Virus record (IMG/VR): IMGVR_UViG_3300029705_006930 | DNA: 64,000 nucleotides | Source of the DNA: a virus | Lineage: Duplodnaviria > Heunggongvirae > Uroviricota > Caudoviricetes | Reading direction: 5' to 3' (one strand) | In this document: positions 43,917 to 54,480 of the stretch, one piece after another | Numbering within the stretch: position 1 is the stretch's first letter | Layout: every line of letters begins with the position of its first letter | Position numbers and translations under genes: made by a program | The notes under the pieces: model-generated | The model's input: the letters and a program-made list of their open reading frames with translations, nothing else | The model's database searches: none | What the model was told of the DNA's origin: nothing

Positions 43917-45379
43917 ATGTATTGTTGCAAAAAATTAATGAACATCGTGGTGAAATTGAAGCCCCATTTGTTTTTTGTTTATGGAAGAATCCGGATTTAT
44001 ATGATGATTATAAATTTGTAAACGAAAAAGAAGACGATATCATTCGTAATCCTGATGCACAGTTTTATTTCAATTTAGGTAGAGCACTGTATAAAGCTGG
44101 ATATCGCAATTTTGACCATATTGCTGTCTACACTTTTCTTCAAGACAAAGAAACAATAAAAAAGCAGTTTGACAGTTATGGTGGTTTCAAAGAAGTTGAA
44201 GAATTTAAAGGCTTAGTCAGCATAGAGAATGTTAATGCATATTTTGATAAAGTAGCAAGACTTAATATTCTTGATGAAATGTGCAAGATGATGTTTTCAT
44301 CATTTGATAAACTTGAAAAGTTTGATAGGATGACAAGTCAGCAGATTTACGATTATTTTGAGTACAAATTAAATGACATTAGTATCACCGCAACGCATGA
44401 TGTTGAAGAAGAAAGTTTGGTCATTGATGATGCTTTTATTGAAGAGTGCAATAGCGGTGATACTGTTGGAATCAGTTATGGCAAGCAGTGCCCATTATTG
44501 AATTATTTAACATTAGGAGTTCCACTTGGTGAAATGTATATGATTGCTGGACATAGTGGTGCAGGCAAATCTAGTTTTGCATTTGAAAATATGGCTATTC
44601 CAATGGCCCAAGACGGCATAAAGGTAGCTATTGTTTCTAATGAAATGCGAAGCAAAGATTATAAAGTAATGTTACTTGCCCATATATTAACAAAAGACCT
44701 AAATTATTGGGGCTTGACACGCAAACAAATAAAAATAGGCCACTTTACAGACGAACAAAAGATAATGATTGCCAAGGCACAAAAAATTAGTAAAGAAAAA
44801 TATAGCAATCTCAAATTTGTGAAACTGTTTGATAATGATGTTTCTAAAGTTATGAAATACATCAAGATGAACGCCAAAAAAGGTTATCAGGTTTTTCTAT
44901 GGGACACAATGAAGAGTGATGATAGTCTTGATGAAAAAATGTTTTTGCAATTATTAGTCAATAGCAGAAAGGTTTTTCAGTTGGCATCAAAAGAAAACAT
45001 TGCAATTATTACAACTTATCAGTTGGCACTATATACCGTTAATCAAAGATATTTGGATGCGGGATGTCTTGCAAATGGTAAACAGATAAAAGAAGTGTTT
45101 TCTGAAATGGTTTACATGCGTACTTTATGGGATGACGAATACACAGGCAAAAAATTTGATTGTCGACCATACAATTTACAGCGTAATGCAGAGGGCAAAT
45201 ATACTGGTGTTAAGCAATATGTTGAATTAAACCCAGATAATAAATATATAGTTGTCTTTTTGGATAAGACTCGCAATGATGAAGACAAGCAGCAGGTTTT
45301 ATACGAAGTAAACGGTCGTTTTAATAGCTGGAAAGAAATTGGCCGTTGCAACATAGTTAATGAACATGGAAGGTATTAA
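43907..45379 (+). CDS. dnaB: replicative DNA helicase, DnaB family
   Basis: Walker A GHSGAGKSS, then VSNEMRS and IITTYQL. Size and N-domain are consistent with DnaB. Confidence 0.75.
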   Translation: MELDVLLQKINEHRGEIEAPFVFCLWKNPDLYDDYKFVNEKEDDIIRNPDAQFYFNLGRALYKAGYRNFDHIAVYTFLQDKETIKKQFDSYGGFKEVEEFKGLVSIENVNAYFDKVARLNILDEMCKMMFSSFDKLEKFDRMTSQQIYDYFEYKLNDISITATHDVEEESLVIDDAFIEECNSGDTVGISYGKQCPLLNYLTLGVPLGEMYMIAGHSGAGKSSFAFENMAIPMAQDGIKVAIVSNEMRSKDYKVMLLAHILTKDLNYWGLTRKQIKIGHFTDEQKIMIAKAQKISKEKYSNLKFVKLFDNDVSKVMKYIKMNAKKGYQVFLWDTMKSDDSLDEKMFLQLLVNSRKVFQLASKENIAIITTYQLALYTVNQRYLDAGCLANGKQIKEVFSEMVYMRTLWDDEYTGKKFDCRPYNLQRNAEGKYTGVKQYVELNPDNKYIVVFLDKTRNDEDKQQVLYEVNGRFNSWKEIGRCNIVNEHGRY

Positions 45380-45381
45380 CA

Positions 45382-46188
45382 ATGAGCAGAAAAGTAAGAA
45401 ACAAAACTGGAGCTGTTTGTTTTAACACCGATGGTAAAGAATTTACATATCTTGATGATGGCACTCGTGATAGACATAACAATATTTTATATAAGGTGAT
45501 ATTCAAAAGTGGATATTCAACTTATGTTCAGGCTAACAAAATAGTCACTGGAAATATTCATGATTATGGCAGTCCAACAATACATGGCGTTGGATGTACT
45601 GATTACAAAGGCGCGTCTTACGAGCCAGAATATAAACTGTGGATTAAAATTTTTCACAGATGTTACAGTACTTCATATCATAAGAGATTTCCATCATACA
45701 CTAATTGTTCAGTTGATTTAAGATGGCATCACTATTCTCATTTTAAAAATGACATCAATAAAATTTGTAATTATAAAGAATGTTTACAATATAATGATGG
45801 GAAACGCCTTGTTATTGATAAAGATATCTTAGTTTATAAAAATAAACAATACTCATTACAAACTTGTTGTATAGTTCCTGAGCCCATCAATATTTTTATC
45901 ACTAATGTTAAATCTGACAATACATCTGGTTTAATCGGAGTGCATAAACGTCATAGTCACTATGTTGTCGTGTTTTCATATAAAAATCAGACAATACAGG
46001 GAGGAACATATAGCAATCCTGTTGATGCTGTCAATGCATATTATCAGCATAAATTATGCAAACTAGCAGATTTGTTAATTCAATATGATTGGATTGATGA
46101 CCGAGTAAAAACAGGATTATATGCATATTTTGATAAACAAAAAGAAGAGCAGCTTCGCATTGCTTTAGCACTTCAAAAAATCAGATAA
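45382..46188 (+). CDS. AP2-domain DNA-binding protein, probable free-standing homing endonuclease
   Basis: NTSGLIGVHKRHSHYVVVFSYKNQTIQGGTYSNPVDAVNAYY resembles an AP2 domain. It is inserted between the helicase and primase genes. Confidence 0.5.
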   Translation: MSRKVRNKTGAVCFNTDGKEFTYLDDGTRDRHNNILYKVIFKSGYSTYVQANKIVTGNIHDYGSPTIHGVGCTDYKGASYEPEYKLWIKIFHRCYSTSYHKRFPSYTNCSVDLRWHHYSHFKNDINKICNYKECLQYNDGKRLVIDKDILVYKNKQYSLQTCCIVPEPINIFITNVKSDNTSGLIGVHKRHSHYVVVFSYKNQTIQGGTYSNPVDAVNAYYQHKLCKLADLLIQYDWIDDRVKTGLYAYFDKQKEEQLRIALALQKIR

Positions 46189-46217
46189 GGCGGTGAGGCT
46201 TTATCAATGTATTACAA

Positions 46218-47234
46218 TTGAATGATTATCTGCAAGCACGTCCGGACGACGTACTTAAAGTCCTTAATTCATTGGGATTACCTAATTTGTCACATAACAG
46301 AGGACGAAATGAAATCAGATATTCATCAAGAGTAGGTAGCAATCCTACCTCAAATATTTTTTATTTAGATACACTTAGGTATTACAGCTTTTCAATGGGT
46401 GAAAGTGGAAATCTTTACACATTGGTGATGAACAATCAGAATTGTAATTTCCCGCAAGCCTTAGAATATGTGGCGCAAGTAGTTGGACTTTCCAAAAATG
46501 AATTCAATACTGAAATCAAATTACCATTTGGTGGCTTCTATAAAAAACTCATAAAACAACAGCGCGAACCTGAGTTGGACATACCTACATATCCTGATTC
46601 GCTCCTTGAGGAATACAACGGGCAGCTAAGTCTACAATTTTTTAATGATGGCATCAATTTCCAAACACAAGAAAAATATCATATTGGGGTTGATTTTTCT
46701 GCAATGCGCATAGCAATTCCACAATGGACAATTAATGGTCAGTTATGCGGAATTATGGGCAGAGCAATGGGAAAAGATGTACCGCATGAAGAACGTTGGC
46801 TACCTATTATTCCGTGCACGAAAAGCTACACATTATTTGGCTATCATCAAAACTATCATAAAATTCAAGAAAAAAATATGTGCATTGTATTTGAAAGTGA
46901 AAAAGCTGTATGTCAGCTTGATAGTTTTGGTTGTTATATTGGACTTGCAACAGGGGGATGTCATATTTCTTCAACACAAGCCAAATATTTGCGTGCATTA
47001 AGAGTTGAAAAAATTATTATTGCTTATGATGAGGGCCTTGATGAAGAACATATTATTGCCCAGGCACAAAGACTTCGCAGTAATGAAAATCAGCTTGTTA
47101 GAGGAGCGAAGATAGGATATATCTGGGACGATAATAATACATATTTGCCACTTGGCAGCAAAATGAATGCAGCTGATGTTGGTAAAGAAAAATTTATAAA
47201 ATTAATCAAAGAAAAAGTGAGGTGGCTCGAATAG
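46218..47234 (+). CDS. dnaG: DNA primase (DnaG-like, Toprim)
   Basis: VFESEKAV...IIAYDEGLDEE (Toprim E and DxD). The TTG start overlaps the stop of a 4-codon leader ORF. Confidence 0.7.
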   Translation: MNDYLQARPDDVLKVLNSLGLPNLSHNRGRNEIRYSSRVGSNPTSNIFYLDTLRYYSFSMGESGNLYTLVMNNQNCNFPQALEYVAQVVGLSKNEFNTEIKLPFGGFYKKLIKQQREPELDIPTYPDSLLEEYNGQLSLQFFNDGINFQTQEKYHIGVDFSAMRIAIPQWTINGQLCGIMGRAMGKDVPHEERWLPIIPCTKSYTLFGYHQNYHKIQEKNMCIVFESEKAVCQLDSFGCYIGLATGGCHISSTQAKYLRALRVEKIIIAYDEGLDEEHIIAQAQRLRSNENQLVRGAKIGYIWDDNNTYLPLGSKMNAADVGKEKFIKLIKEKVRWLE

Positions 47235-48325
47235 CTGTAAGAGAAAAAGATATAACACTTGAAGAATTACAAAAACAAGGTAAAAAATTATATTCAATTT
47301 CAAAAGCAGACACAATTGACCAGTGTCATTATCAGGCATATCTTGCATACATCGTACACAGTAAATCGGTTCCTAATATTTATTCATTAATGGGTTCTAA
47401 AATTCATGACACTTTAGAAGGCATTATGAATCAGAAAAATACAACGGAAGATTTGATTGTAGCTCTAGATAATGAGCTTGAAGATATGCAAATGCTTGGA
47501 TTTGATTTTCCTCGCGATAGCAGAGGAAAAACATCTATCCGTGATAATTGGATAAAAAATATGCGTCATTTCTGTAGCAATTTTATACCGCCACGAGGCG
47601 AGTTTGAAACTGAACAGTTATTTATATATCCACTCACAAAAGACAGATATGTACGAGGTTATATTGACCTTGTTCAGCATCTGGATAAAGATACAAAAAC
47701 AATTTCAATTTGGGACTGGAAAACTTCCTCACAATTTTCTCAGGAAACATTATTGGAACACGGCAGACAGCTTGTTATATATGCCATTGCAAAAGAAGCA
47801 GAAGGCTATACCGTCAAAGACGTAGGCTGGATAATGCTTAAATATGTTGAAATTGTTTTTCAAGGCAAATTGCGCAGAAATTCTAAAGAAAAAACTAAGA
47901 TTACCAAAGTTTGTGACCGTTATAAGATAGTACAAACATTGCAGCCATATTTAGAGCAAGAGCTGATAGAAGCTGGCTATGATGATATAGATATTGAAAT
48001 GTTTATGATAGATGCACTGGAAAATAATTCATTGGATAAGCTTCCAAATGAAATTCGTTCCAAATTTATCATTAAACCATATGTAAGGCGCTATCCGATA
48101 ACCGAAAAGCTCAAACAGGAAACCTTAGATTACATAAATCATCAGGCTGATATTTTTGAGTCATTGCCTAAAAATGATAAATCAGCCTGGAAGCCTAAAG
48201 TGATTGATAAAGGCAATGAATTTTTCTGCAATTATCTTTGTGATTATAAGTCTTCTTGCGAATATATTGCCAGATATAATCTTGAAAAACAGTTGGCAAA
48301 AACTTCAGATGAAGAATTATTTTAG
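47231..48325 (+). CDS. PD-(D/E)XK exonuclease with Cas4/AddB-like Cys cluster; C-terminus SDEELF
   Basis: GYIDLV...IWDWKTS. Cys in DQCHY plus CNYLCDYKSSC. Start is ATA 47231, or GTG 47222 which lies inside the SD. Confidence 0.7.
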   Translation: MAVREKDITLEELQKQGKKLYSISKADTIDQCHYQAYLAYIVHSKSVPNIYSLMGSKIHDTLEGIMNQKNTTEDLIVALDNELEDMQMLGFDFPRDSRGKTSIRDNWIKNMRHFCSNFIPPRGEFETEQLFIYPLTKDRYVRGYIDLVQHLDKDTKTISIWDWKTSSQFSQETLLEHGRQLVIYAIAKEAEGYTVKDVGWIMLKYVEIVFQGKLRRNSKEKTKITKVCDRYKIVQTLQPYLEQELIEAGYDDIDIEMFMIDALENNSLDKLPNEIRSKFIIKPYVRRYPITEKLKQETLDYINHQADIFESLPKNDKSAWKPKVIDKGNEFFCNYLCDYKSSCEYIARYNLEKQLAKTSDEELF

Positions 48326-48333
48326 GAGGAAAT

Positions 48334-49006
48334 ATGCAGAATTATCATTGCCATACCAGTTATAGTAATTTGTTTTCATTTGACTCTATTGCATCTTATG
48401 AAGATTATGCAAAACGAGCTCAGGAACTTGGGCACAAAGTTATTTCATCTGTCGAACACGGCTGGCAATGTAATTATTATGTACCATATGGCATAGCTCA
48501 AAAATATGGATTGAAATTTGTTTTTGGTACAGAAGCATATTGGGTAAAAGACAGGATAGAAAAAGATAATAAGAATAACCATATTATTATTCTTGCAAAA
48601 AATGAAAACGGCAGACAAGCCATAAATGATATTTTAGCAGAAGCTAATATTACAGGTTACTATTATAAACCACGTTTGGATACAAAACTGATTCTGTCTT
48701 TACCCGCCAATGATGTCTTTATTACAACAGCATGTGTTGGATTTTATGGATATGGTTTTGAAGAAAGTGAAAAATTTATTGTTCAGTTGCATAAGCACTT
48801 TAAAAATAATTTTATGCTTGAAATTCAAAATCATAATACTGACAAGCAAAGAGAATTAAATAACCAAATTAAAAAGTGGTCAAAAAAATACAATATTGAA
48901 ATGATTGTTGGGTTAGATAGTCATTATATATATCCAGAGGATGCTGGTCTTCGTGATGAAGCTCTTAAATCAAAAGGCATTATTTATGAAGATGAATCTG
49001 GTTGGT
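48334..49006 (+). CDS. dnaE: DNA polymerase III alpha (DnaE-type), exon 1 / PHP domain
   Basis: YHCHTSYSN, SSVEHG and HIIILAKNENG. The frame stops 8 codons after the proposed splice site. Confidence 0.8.
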
Positions 49007-49275
49007 ATTCTAAATGCCGTTTAATTTAGTAATAAATTAAATAATTACTGGGGAAAATCGGTGAAGTCCTCCAATGATATAGGATAATACCGAGGTAAAC
49101 AATAAAATTGCGTAAGGTTTATTGTCACCGTAGAGCATAGATAGTGAATAAATATAATCTATCCAAGAGTCTCCAGCATCCCACCTAAATATAGAGGATG
49201 AAAATATATGCCGAGCTTACATAATGGAAAAATGTAAGAACTATGGGGTAAAAAACCTATAGGATAACAAAACTG
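49007..49275 (+). mobile_element. putative ORF-less group I intron (3' boundary 49263 or 49275)
   Basis: P1-like hairpin 49004-49018 with a U-G wobble at 49006/49016. Several internal hairpins. A G precedes both candidate 3' sites, and either one restores the TAT codon and the frame. Confidence 0.5.
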
Positions 49276-51809
49276 ATATGGACTATCCCTCTGACAATGA
49301 ATGCATAAAGCGTTTTTTAGACCAAGGAATTTTTACTGAGACAGAAATTCAACGTGCAATGGATAACACAGATATCTGCTTAACATTTGAGAATTTTTAT
49401 TTTAGTAAAGATATTAAACTACCAACTTTATATCCAGACAAGACTCAAGAGGAAAAGAACAAGATATATTCAAGACTGATTACAAAAAAGTTTAAAGAAT
49501 ATATGAAATATGTTCCTGCTGAAGACTATGACAGATATTATCAAGGTGTTAAAGAAGAAGTTCAGGTATATAAAGATACTGGTATGGTTGACTATCCGCT
49601 AATCAACTATGAAGTTATTAAGCGCGGGATTGAATTGGGCGGGGTAATTACAGATAGTGGACGTGGTTCCGCTGTTGGCTTCTTCACAAACACATTGTGT
49701 GGATTCTCAAAAGTTGACCGTTTTACATCTGCAATTCATCTTTATCCAGAGCGCTTTATGTCAACAAGCCGAATATTAGAGTCCGGCTCCCTACCAGATA
49801 TTGACTTTAACGTAGCTAATACTGAGCCTTTTGAACGAGCACAAAAAGAAATACTTGGAGAAGAACATTCATATCCAATGATTGCATTTGGCACTTTGAA
49901 AAAGAAATCTGCTTTTAAGCTTTATGCAAGAGCAAAAGATGTGCCAGCTGCCATTGCAAATGAAATCACAAAACAGATTGAAAAATATGAAAATGATTTA
50001 AAACATGCCGATGATGATGACAGGCGCGATATAAATATCTATGACTATGTAGATGAACAGTATCATGACCATTTGAGACAGAGTGAATCATATTGGGGTA
50101 TCATTTCTGACCGCAAAAAAGCTCCATCGGCACATCTCTTATATCAAGGCAATATTCGTAAAGAAATTGGGCTCATTAAATGTAAGAGTGAAAGTACCAA
50201 GAAGGAATGCATCACTTGTGTTATTGATGGTGCAGTCGCAGAAGAATATAAATTTTTGAAAAATGACCTGCTCACTGTAAATGTGGTGGATATTATTGAC
50301 CGTGTTTTTAAACGTATTGGCATTGAGCATTTTAATGTAAATACATTGTTGGGACTTATTAAAAATGATAAACCGACTTGGGATATTTATGCTAAAGGTT
50401 TGACTATAGGTGTTAACCAATGTGAAAAAGCCTCAACAACAAAAAAAGCAATGCGATATAAACCACGAAACCCATCTGAGCTCTCGGCATTTATAGCAGG
50501 TATTCGTCCAGGCTTTAAATCAATGTATCCGATTTTTGAAAGTAGACAGCCGTTCTCATATGGAGTTGCTACACTGGATAATCTGCTGATTACCGAAGAA
50601 CTTCCGATTCCCTTTATGATTTTCCAGGAACAGACAATGAAAGTCCTTAACTATGCTGGATTTCCAATGGACGAATGCTATGGTCTTATTAAAGCTATCA
50701 GTAAAAAGAAACCAGAAAAGGTAAAAGCAATCAAAGATGATTTTATTAAAAATTTCTGCAAACAAATTCAAGAAGATAATGGACTTGATTTTGAAATTGC
50801 ACAAAATAACAGTGAAAAAGTATGGACAGTAGTAAATGATAACTCAGGTTATGCATTTAACAGTTCTCATGCATACTGTATGGCGTTGGATAGCTTATAT
50901 TGTGCTTATCTCAAATCTCACTATCCTTATGAATTTTATGAGGTACTTCTCACATTTTATTCCAACAAAGGCAACAAAGATAAAGTTGCTGAACTGAAAA
51001 GAGAAATGCTCCAAGGTTTTGGTATCAGAGAAGGCAAGTTTAAGTTTGGCAATGATAATCGCAGCTTTAAAGCCGACAAAGAAAACGGTGTTATATATTC
51101 ATCACTATTATCATTAAAAAATATGAACCAGAAATGTTCTGAGGACTTATATGCTTTATCACAAAAAAAACAATATACAAACTTTTTTACACTGCTCAAA
51201 GATATTAAACAACTTAAGAGTCTGAAATCTGACCAGCTTAATATTTTGATTAATATTGGATATTTTGATGATTTTGGTACAGTCCCACAGATTCAGACAT
51301 TTGTAAAAGCATATGACGACCTTTATGGACGAGCTCAATTTTCCAAAGATAATCTGGATGCTAATTATGCAGCACTTATTGCTGCTGACAGTACGCAGAC
51401 TGAAAAACAATATCGCAACTTTGATTATGAAAATGCATTGCATAAATTGTGGATGCAAATTCCGCCAATTAAATTAGGTTTGCATCAGAAAATTAAAAAC
51501 GAACTTGAATATTTTGGATACATACAAACAATCATACCAAAGCTCTCAGATGAATATGTAGTCGTAACTGATAAGATTGACAAATATTCGAAACTGACGG
51601 TCACGGTTTATGTATTACAGACTGGAGCAATTCATACTTATCGAATGCGAAGCAGAGTTGCAGAGCAATGCGGAACAATTAATGTGGGCGATATTATTAA
51701 ACTGATGAAGTTTAGCGAAGAAAAGAAATGGACAAAAAATGTCAACGGAGATTGGGTACACACAGATGAAACCGAAACACTCATTAAAAAATATGCACTG
51801 ACAAGATGA
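49276..51809 (+). CDS. dnaE: DNA polymerase III alpha (DnaE-type), exon 2 / polymerase core
   Basis: GRGSAVGFF...VDRF...PDIDFNV (palm), then the finger and OB-like regions. Confidence 0.85.
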
Positions 51810-51820
51810 GGTGATATTGT

Positions 51821-52339
51821 ATAGCATTTACAGCAAAAGAAATTGAATATTTACAACAACATATTACAGTGCTTGTCGATACACGTGAAAAGGTATGGGA
51901 ACATATTAGGCAATATCTTATTGCAAATGATATTCCATATAAAATGCAAACACTGCAAAGTGGTGATTATTCCTTCATTTTGGAATATGACGACCAAGTA
52001 CATATATTTGTAAAGCAGATAGTAATTGAACGCAAGAATTCTTTAACAGAACTAGCAGCTTGTTTTTCTACAGAGCGAGCCAGATTTGAACGTGAATTTG
52101 AACGACTTAAAAAATCTAAAACCATGTGTTTTTTACTTGTAGAGAATAGTTCATTCGATGGTATATACAAGGGCAACTATCGCACACAAATGAATCCGAA
52201 ATCATATGAAGCCAGCTTAATATCTTGGCTTACAAAGTATAATATCATTCCAATTTTTTGTGATAAAGAAAATAGTGGACGGGTTATTCATAATATTTTT
52301 AAACAATACTTGCGGAATTACTTGTTAGATAAAATTTAA
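51821..52339 (+). CDS. ERCC4/Mus81-type nuclease (putative structure-specific endonuclease or resolvase)
   Basis: VDTREK...GDYSF...IERKN. GAGGTGA lies 6 nt before ATA 51821, whereas GTG 51869 has no SD. Confidence 0.65.
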   Translation: MAFTAKEIEYLQQHITVLVDTREKVWEHIRQYLIANDIPYKMQTLQSGDYSFILEYDDQVHIFVKQIVIERKNSLTELAACFSTERARFEREFERLKKSKTMCFLLVENSSFDGIYKGNYRTQMNPKSYEASLISWLTKYNIIPIFCDKENSGRVIHNIFKQYLRNYLLDKI

Positions 52340-52358
52340 TCATAAAGGAGCAATCACT

Positions 52359-52592
52359 ATGGGAAGAAGAATGGTCAACAATAATGATTTATTTAGCAAC
52401 ACTATACCGATGGAAACTATGTTTCATACTGTTGATGATGAAACTGTTCGGCCATTATATATGATAAGACGAAATCAGATGGGAGAATATTCCTTCTGGG
52501 TTCCTCTTGATGAAACCTGTACAGGATGGAAACACATCAATTCTTCCTATAGCGGTGCTTTTGAAAAGGAGAGAATTAAGTGGGGAAAATAA
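52359..52592 (+). CDS. hypothetical protein
   Basis: AAAGGAG SD. Confidence 0.6.
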   Translation: MGRRMVNNNDLFSNTIPMETMFHTVDDETVRPLYMIRRNQMGEYSFWVPLDETCTGWKHINSSYSGAFEKERIKWGK

Positions 52593-52798
52593 TAATTTTC
52601 AAAGAAGCAGTCTTTGATACTGTTGTAACTGATACCGAAGAATTTGAAGCACTGATATGGATTGCTAATAAAAAATATAAAGTTTGTGATGAACATAAAT
52701 ATTTTTACATATTGGAAAATGATTTTGATGATACAAAACGTGGTATTTCAAAAGATTTTGAAAACGAACTATATGATGTAATGGAGGTAGATAAATGA
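52580..52798 (+). CDS. hypothetical protein (GTG start)
   Basis: GGAGAG SD 7 nt upstream. Confidence 0.55.
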   Translation: MGKIIIFKEAVFDTVVTDTEEFEALIWIANKKYKVCDEHKYFYILENDFDDTKRGISKDFENELYDVMEVDK

Positions 52799-53475
52799 AA
52801 GTAACATTGATTGCACATACGCCAAATCCAGAAAATGTTGTGGCAACTGCAGCAAAGCTTTGTTATAGCTCTAAAACTTTAACAGAGCTATATGACGAAA
52901 CAATCAATAAAGACAACGAAAAATATTTAAACAAACTTGCAGAACTGGGACATACAAGCCCATTGGAACATGCGACTTTCACCTTTGGCATCGAAGGTGT
53001 TTCCCGCGCTTTGCTTGCACAGATAACACGCCACAGAATTGCATCCTACAGTGTTAAATCTCAACGTTATGTGTCTGAAGTAAATAGTCACTATGTAATT
53101 CCAGATGAAATTATGAAATCATCAGAAGCCCGAATTATCTATGCTGACGCTCTTGATAAAGTTTCAAAAGCCTATGACCAACTTTCAAAACTTGGTATCG
53201 AAAAAGAAGATGCTCGTTTTGTGCTTCCAAATGCAACAGCTACTCAGATGATTGTCACAATGAATGCCCGTAGTTTGTTAAATTTCTTTGGATTGCGTTG
53301 TTGTAACCGAGCACAGTGGGAAATACGAGCACTCGCTGATGAAATGTTGAAATTGTGCCTTGAGGTTGCACCAACATTGTTTGGTAAAGCAGGAGCTTCC
53401 TGTGTGTACGGTACCTGTTCAGAAGGAGCTATGTGTTGTGGCCATCCAAGAAAGGCAGAAGAATATGCAAGATAA
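52795..53475 (+). CDS. thyX: flavin-dependent thymidylate synthase
   Basis: ThyX signature RHRIASYSVKSQRY. Confidence 0.9.
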   Translation: MKVTLIAHTPNPENVVATAAKLCYSSKTLTELYDETINKDNEKYLNKLAELGHTSPLEHATFTFGIEGVSRALLAQITRHRIASYSVKSQRYVSEVNSHYVIPDEIMKSSEARIIYADALDKVSKAYDQLSKLGIEKEDARFVLPNATATQMIVTMNARSLLNFFGLRCCNRAQWEIRALADEMLKLCLEVAPTLFGKAGASCVYGTCSEGAMCCGHPRKAEEYAR

Positions 53476-54025
53476 TTTTATTATTCTTCTTGTTGGTAAA
53501 AGTGGTTCTGGCAAATCAACTATTGCAAATGAACTGGACAATCAGTTTGGTTGGACACAGGTTCAGTCATATACTACACGTCCAAGACGCCATCAGAATG
53601 AAACAGGACATATATTTGTTAACGACGAACAATTTGATAAATTATCTGATTTTGTAGCTTATACAGAATTCAATGGTTTTAGATATGGGGCTACTCAACA
53701 GCAAGTCGAAGATAACCAGATTTATGTTATTGACCCTGCCGGAATCAAATATTTTCAAGAACAATATACAGGCAAAAAAAATATTTACATATATTACATT
53801 GATGTACCCGTACAGACTCGTCTTGAAAGAATGATAAAACGAGGAGACTCTGCAGGTAAGGCATTAAGTCGTCTTAAACATGATAAAGAAGCATTTAAAA
53901 CAATTGATGATATTGAGAATGTAATTTATATCAACAATGAAAATTTATATGATGCTGTATCAAAAGTTCATATTTCTGTTGTGGTACAACAGTGTATGCA
54001 AGATATACAAAAAGAAAAAGACTAA
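53465..54025 (+). CDS. guanylate-kinase-like nucleotide/dNMP kinase
   Basis: P-loop GKSGSGKST and SYTTRPRRHQNETGHIFV. Confidence 0.7.
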   Translation: MQDNFIILLVGKSGSGKSTIANELDNQFGWTQVQSYTTRPRRHQNETGHIFVNDEQFDKLSDFVAYTEFNGFRYGATQQQVEDNQIYVIDPAGIKYFQEQYTGKKNIYIYYIDVPVQTRLERMIKRGDSAGKALSRLKHDKEAFKTIDDIENVIYINNENLYDAVSKVHISVVVQQCMQDIQKEKD

Positions 54026-54040
54026 CTTTGGAGGAATTAT

Positions 54041-54289
54041 ATGCGCTATACAATTAAAAACATTGAGCGTGATGATGCAATGAGACATATACATAAGATG
54101 ATACTTGGGTGTGAATGCGAATTTGATATCAGAATGTTTGATGTAGGTGAAAGTCTGTATTTTAAAGTTTTTACCGAAGATGAAATTCATCGTGAAATCG
54201 TCACAAGCCATATCGAATCAATTACTGAATATGACAATAAACTCATTGTTCAGACACGTAATACAAAATACACTTTTGAAAAAGTTTAA
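54041..54289 (+). CDS. hypothetical protein
   Basis: GGAGG SD. Confidence 0.6.
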   Translation: MRYTIKNIERDDAMRHIHKMILGCECEFDIRMFDVGESLYFKVFTEDEIHREIVTSHIESITEYDNKLIVQTRNTKYTFEKV

Positions 54290-54300
54290 GGAAAATAATA

Positions 54301-54480
54301 ATGAATATATTTTTTTGGCTGCTTGTAATTATTGCAGCAATCATATTGTGGTTTACCCTGCGCAAAATCTTCACTTGCACAGGCAAATATATCAATAAGG
54401 TTTTAGATGACACAAAAGAAATTATGTCATTTGAAGATAAAGAAGATAAAGAAGAAACAAAGAAAAAGGAGATTAACTAA
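54301..54480 (+). CDS. 59-aa membrane protein (not in ORF track)
   Basis: N-terminal TM segment FFWLLVIIAAIILWF. TAATG junction with the SPFH gene. Confidence 0.5.
   Translation: MNIFFWLLVIIAAIILWFTLRKIFTCTGKYINKVLDDTKEIMSFEDKEDKEETKKKEIN

Noticed and set aside
54147-54398. ORF 54147-54398(+)
   Set aside because: It overlaps 54041-54289 in another frame. The SD-led ATG at 54301 in a third frame gives a clean TM peptide that ends in a TAATG junction with the SPFH gene.
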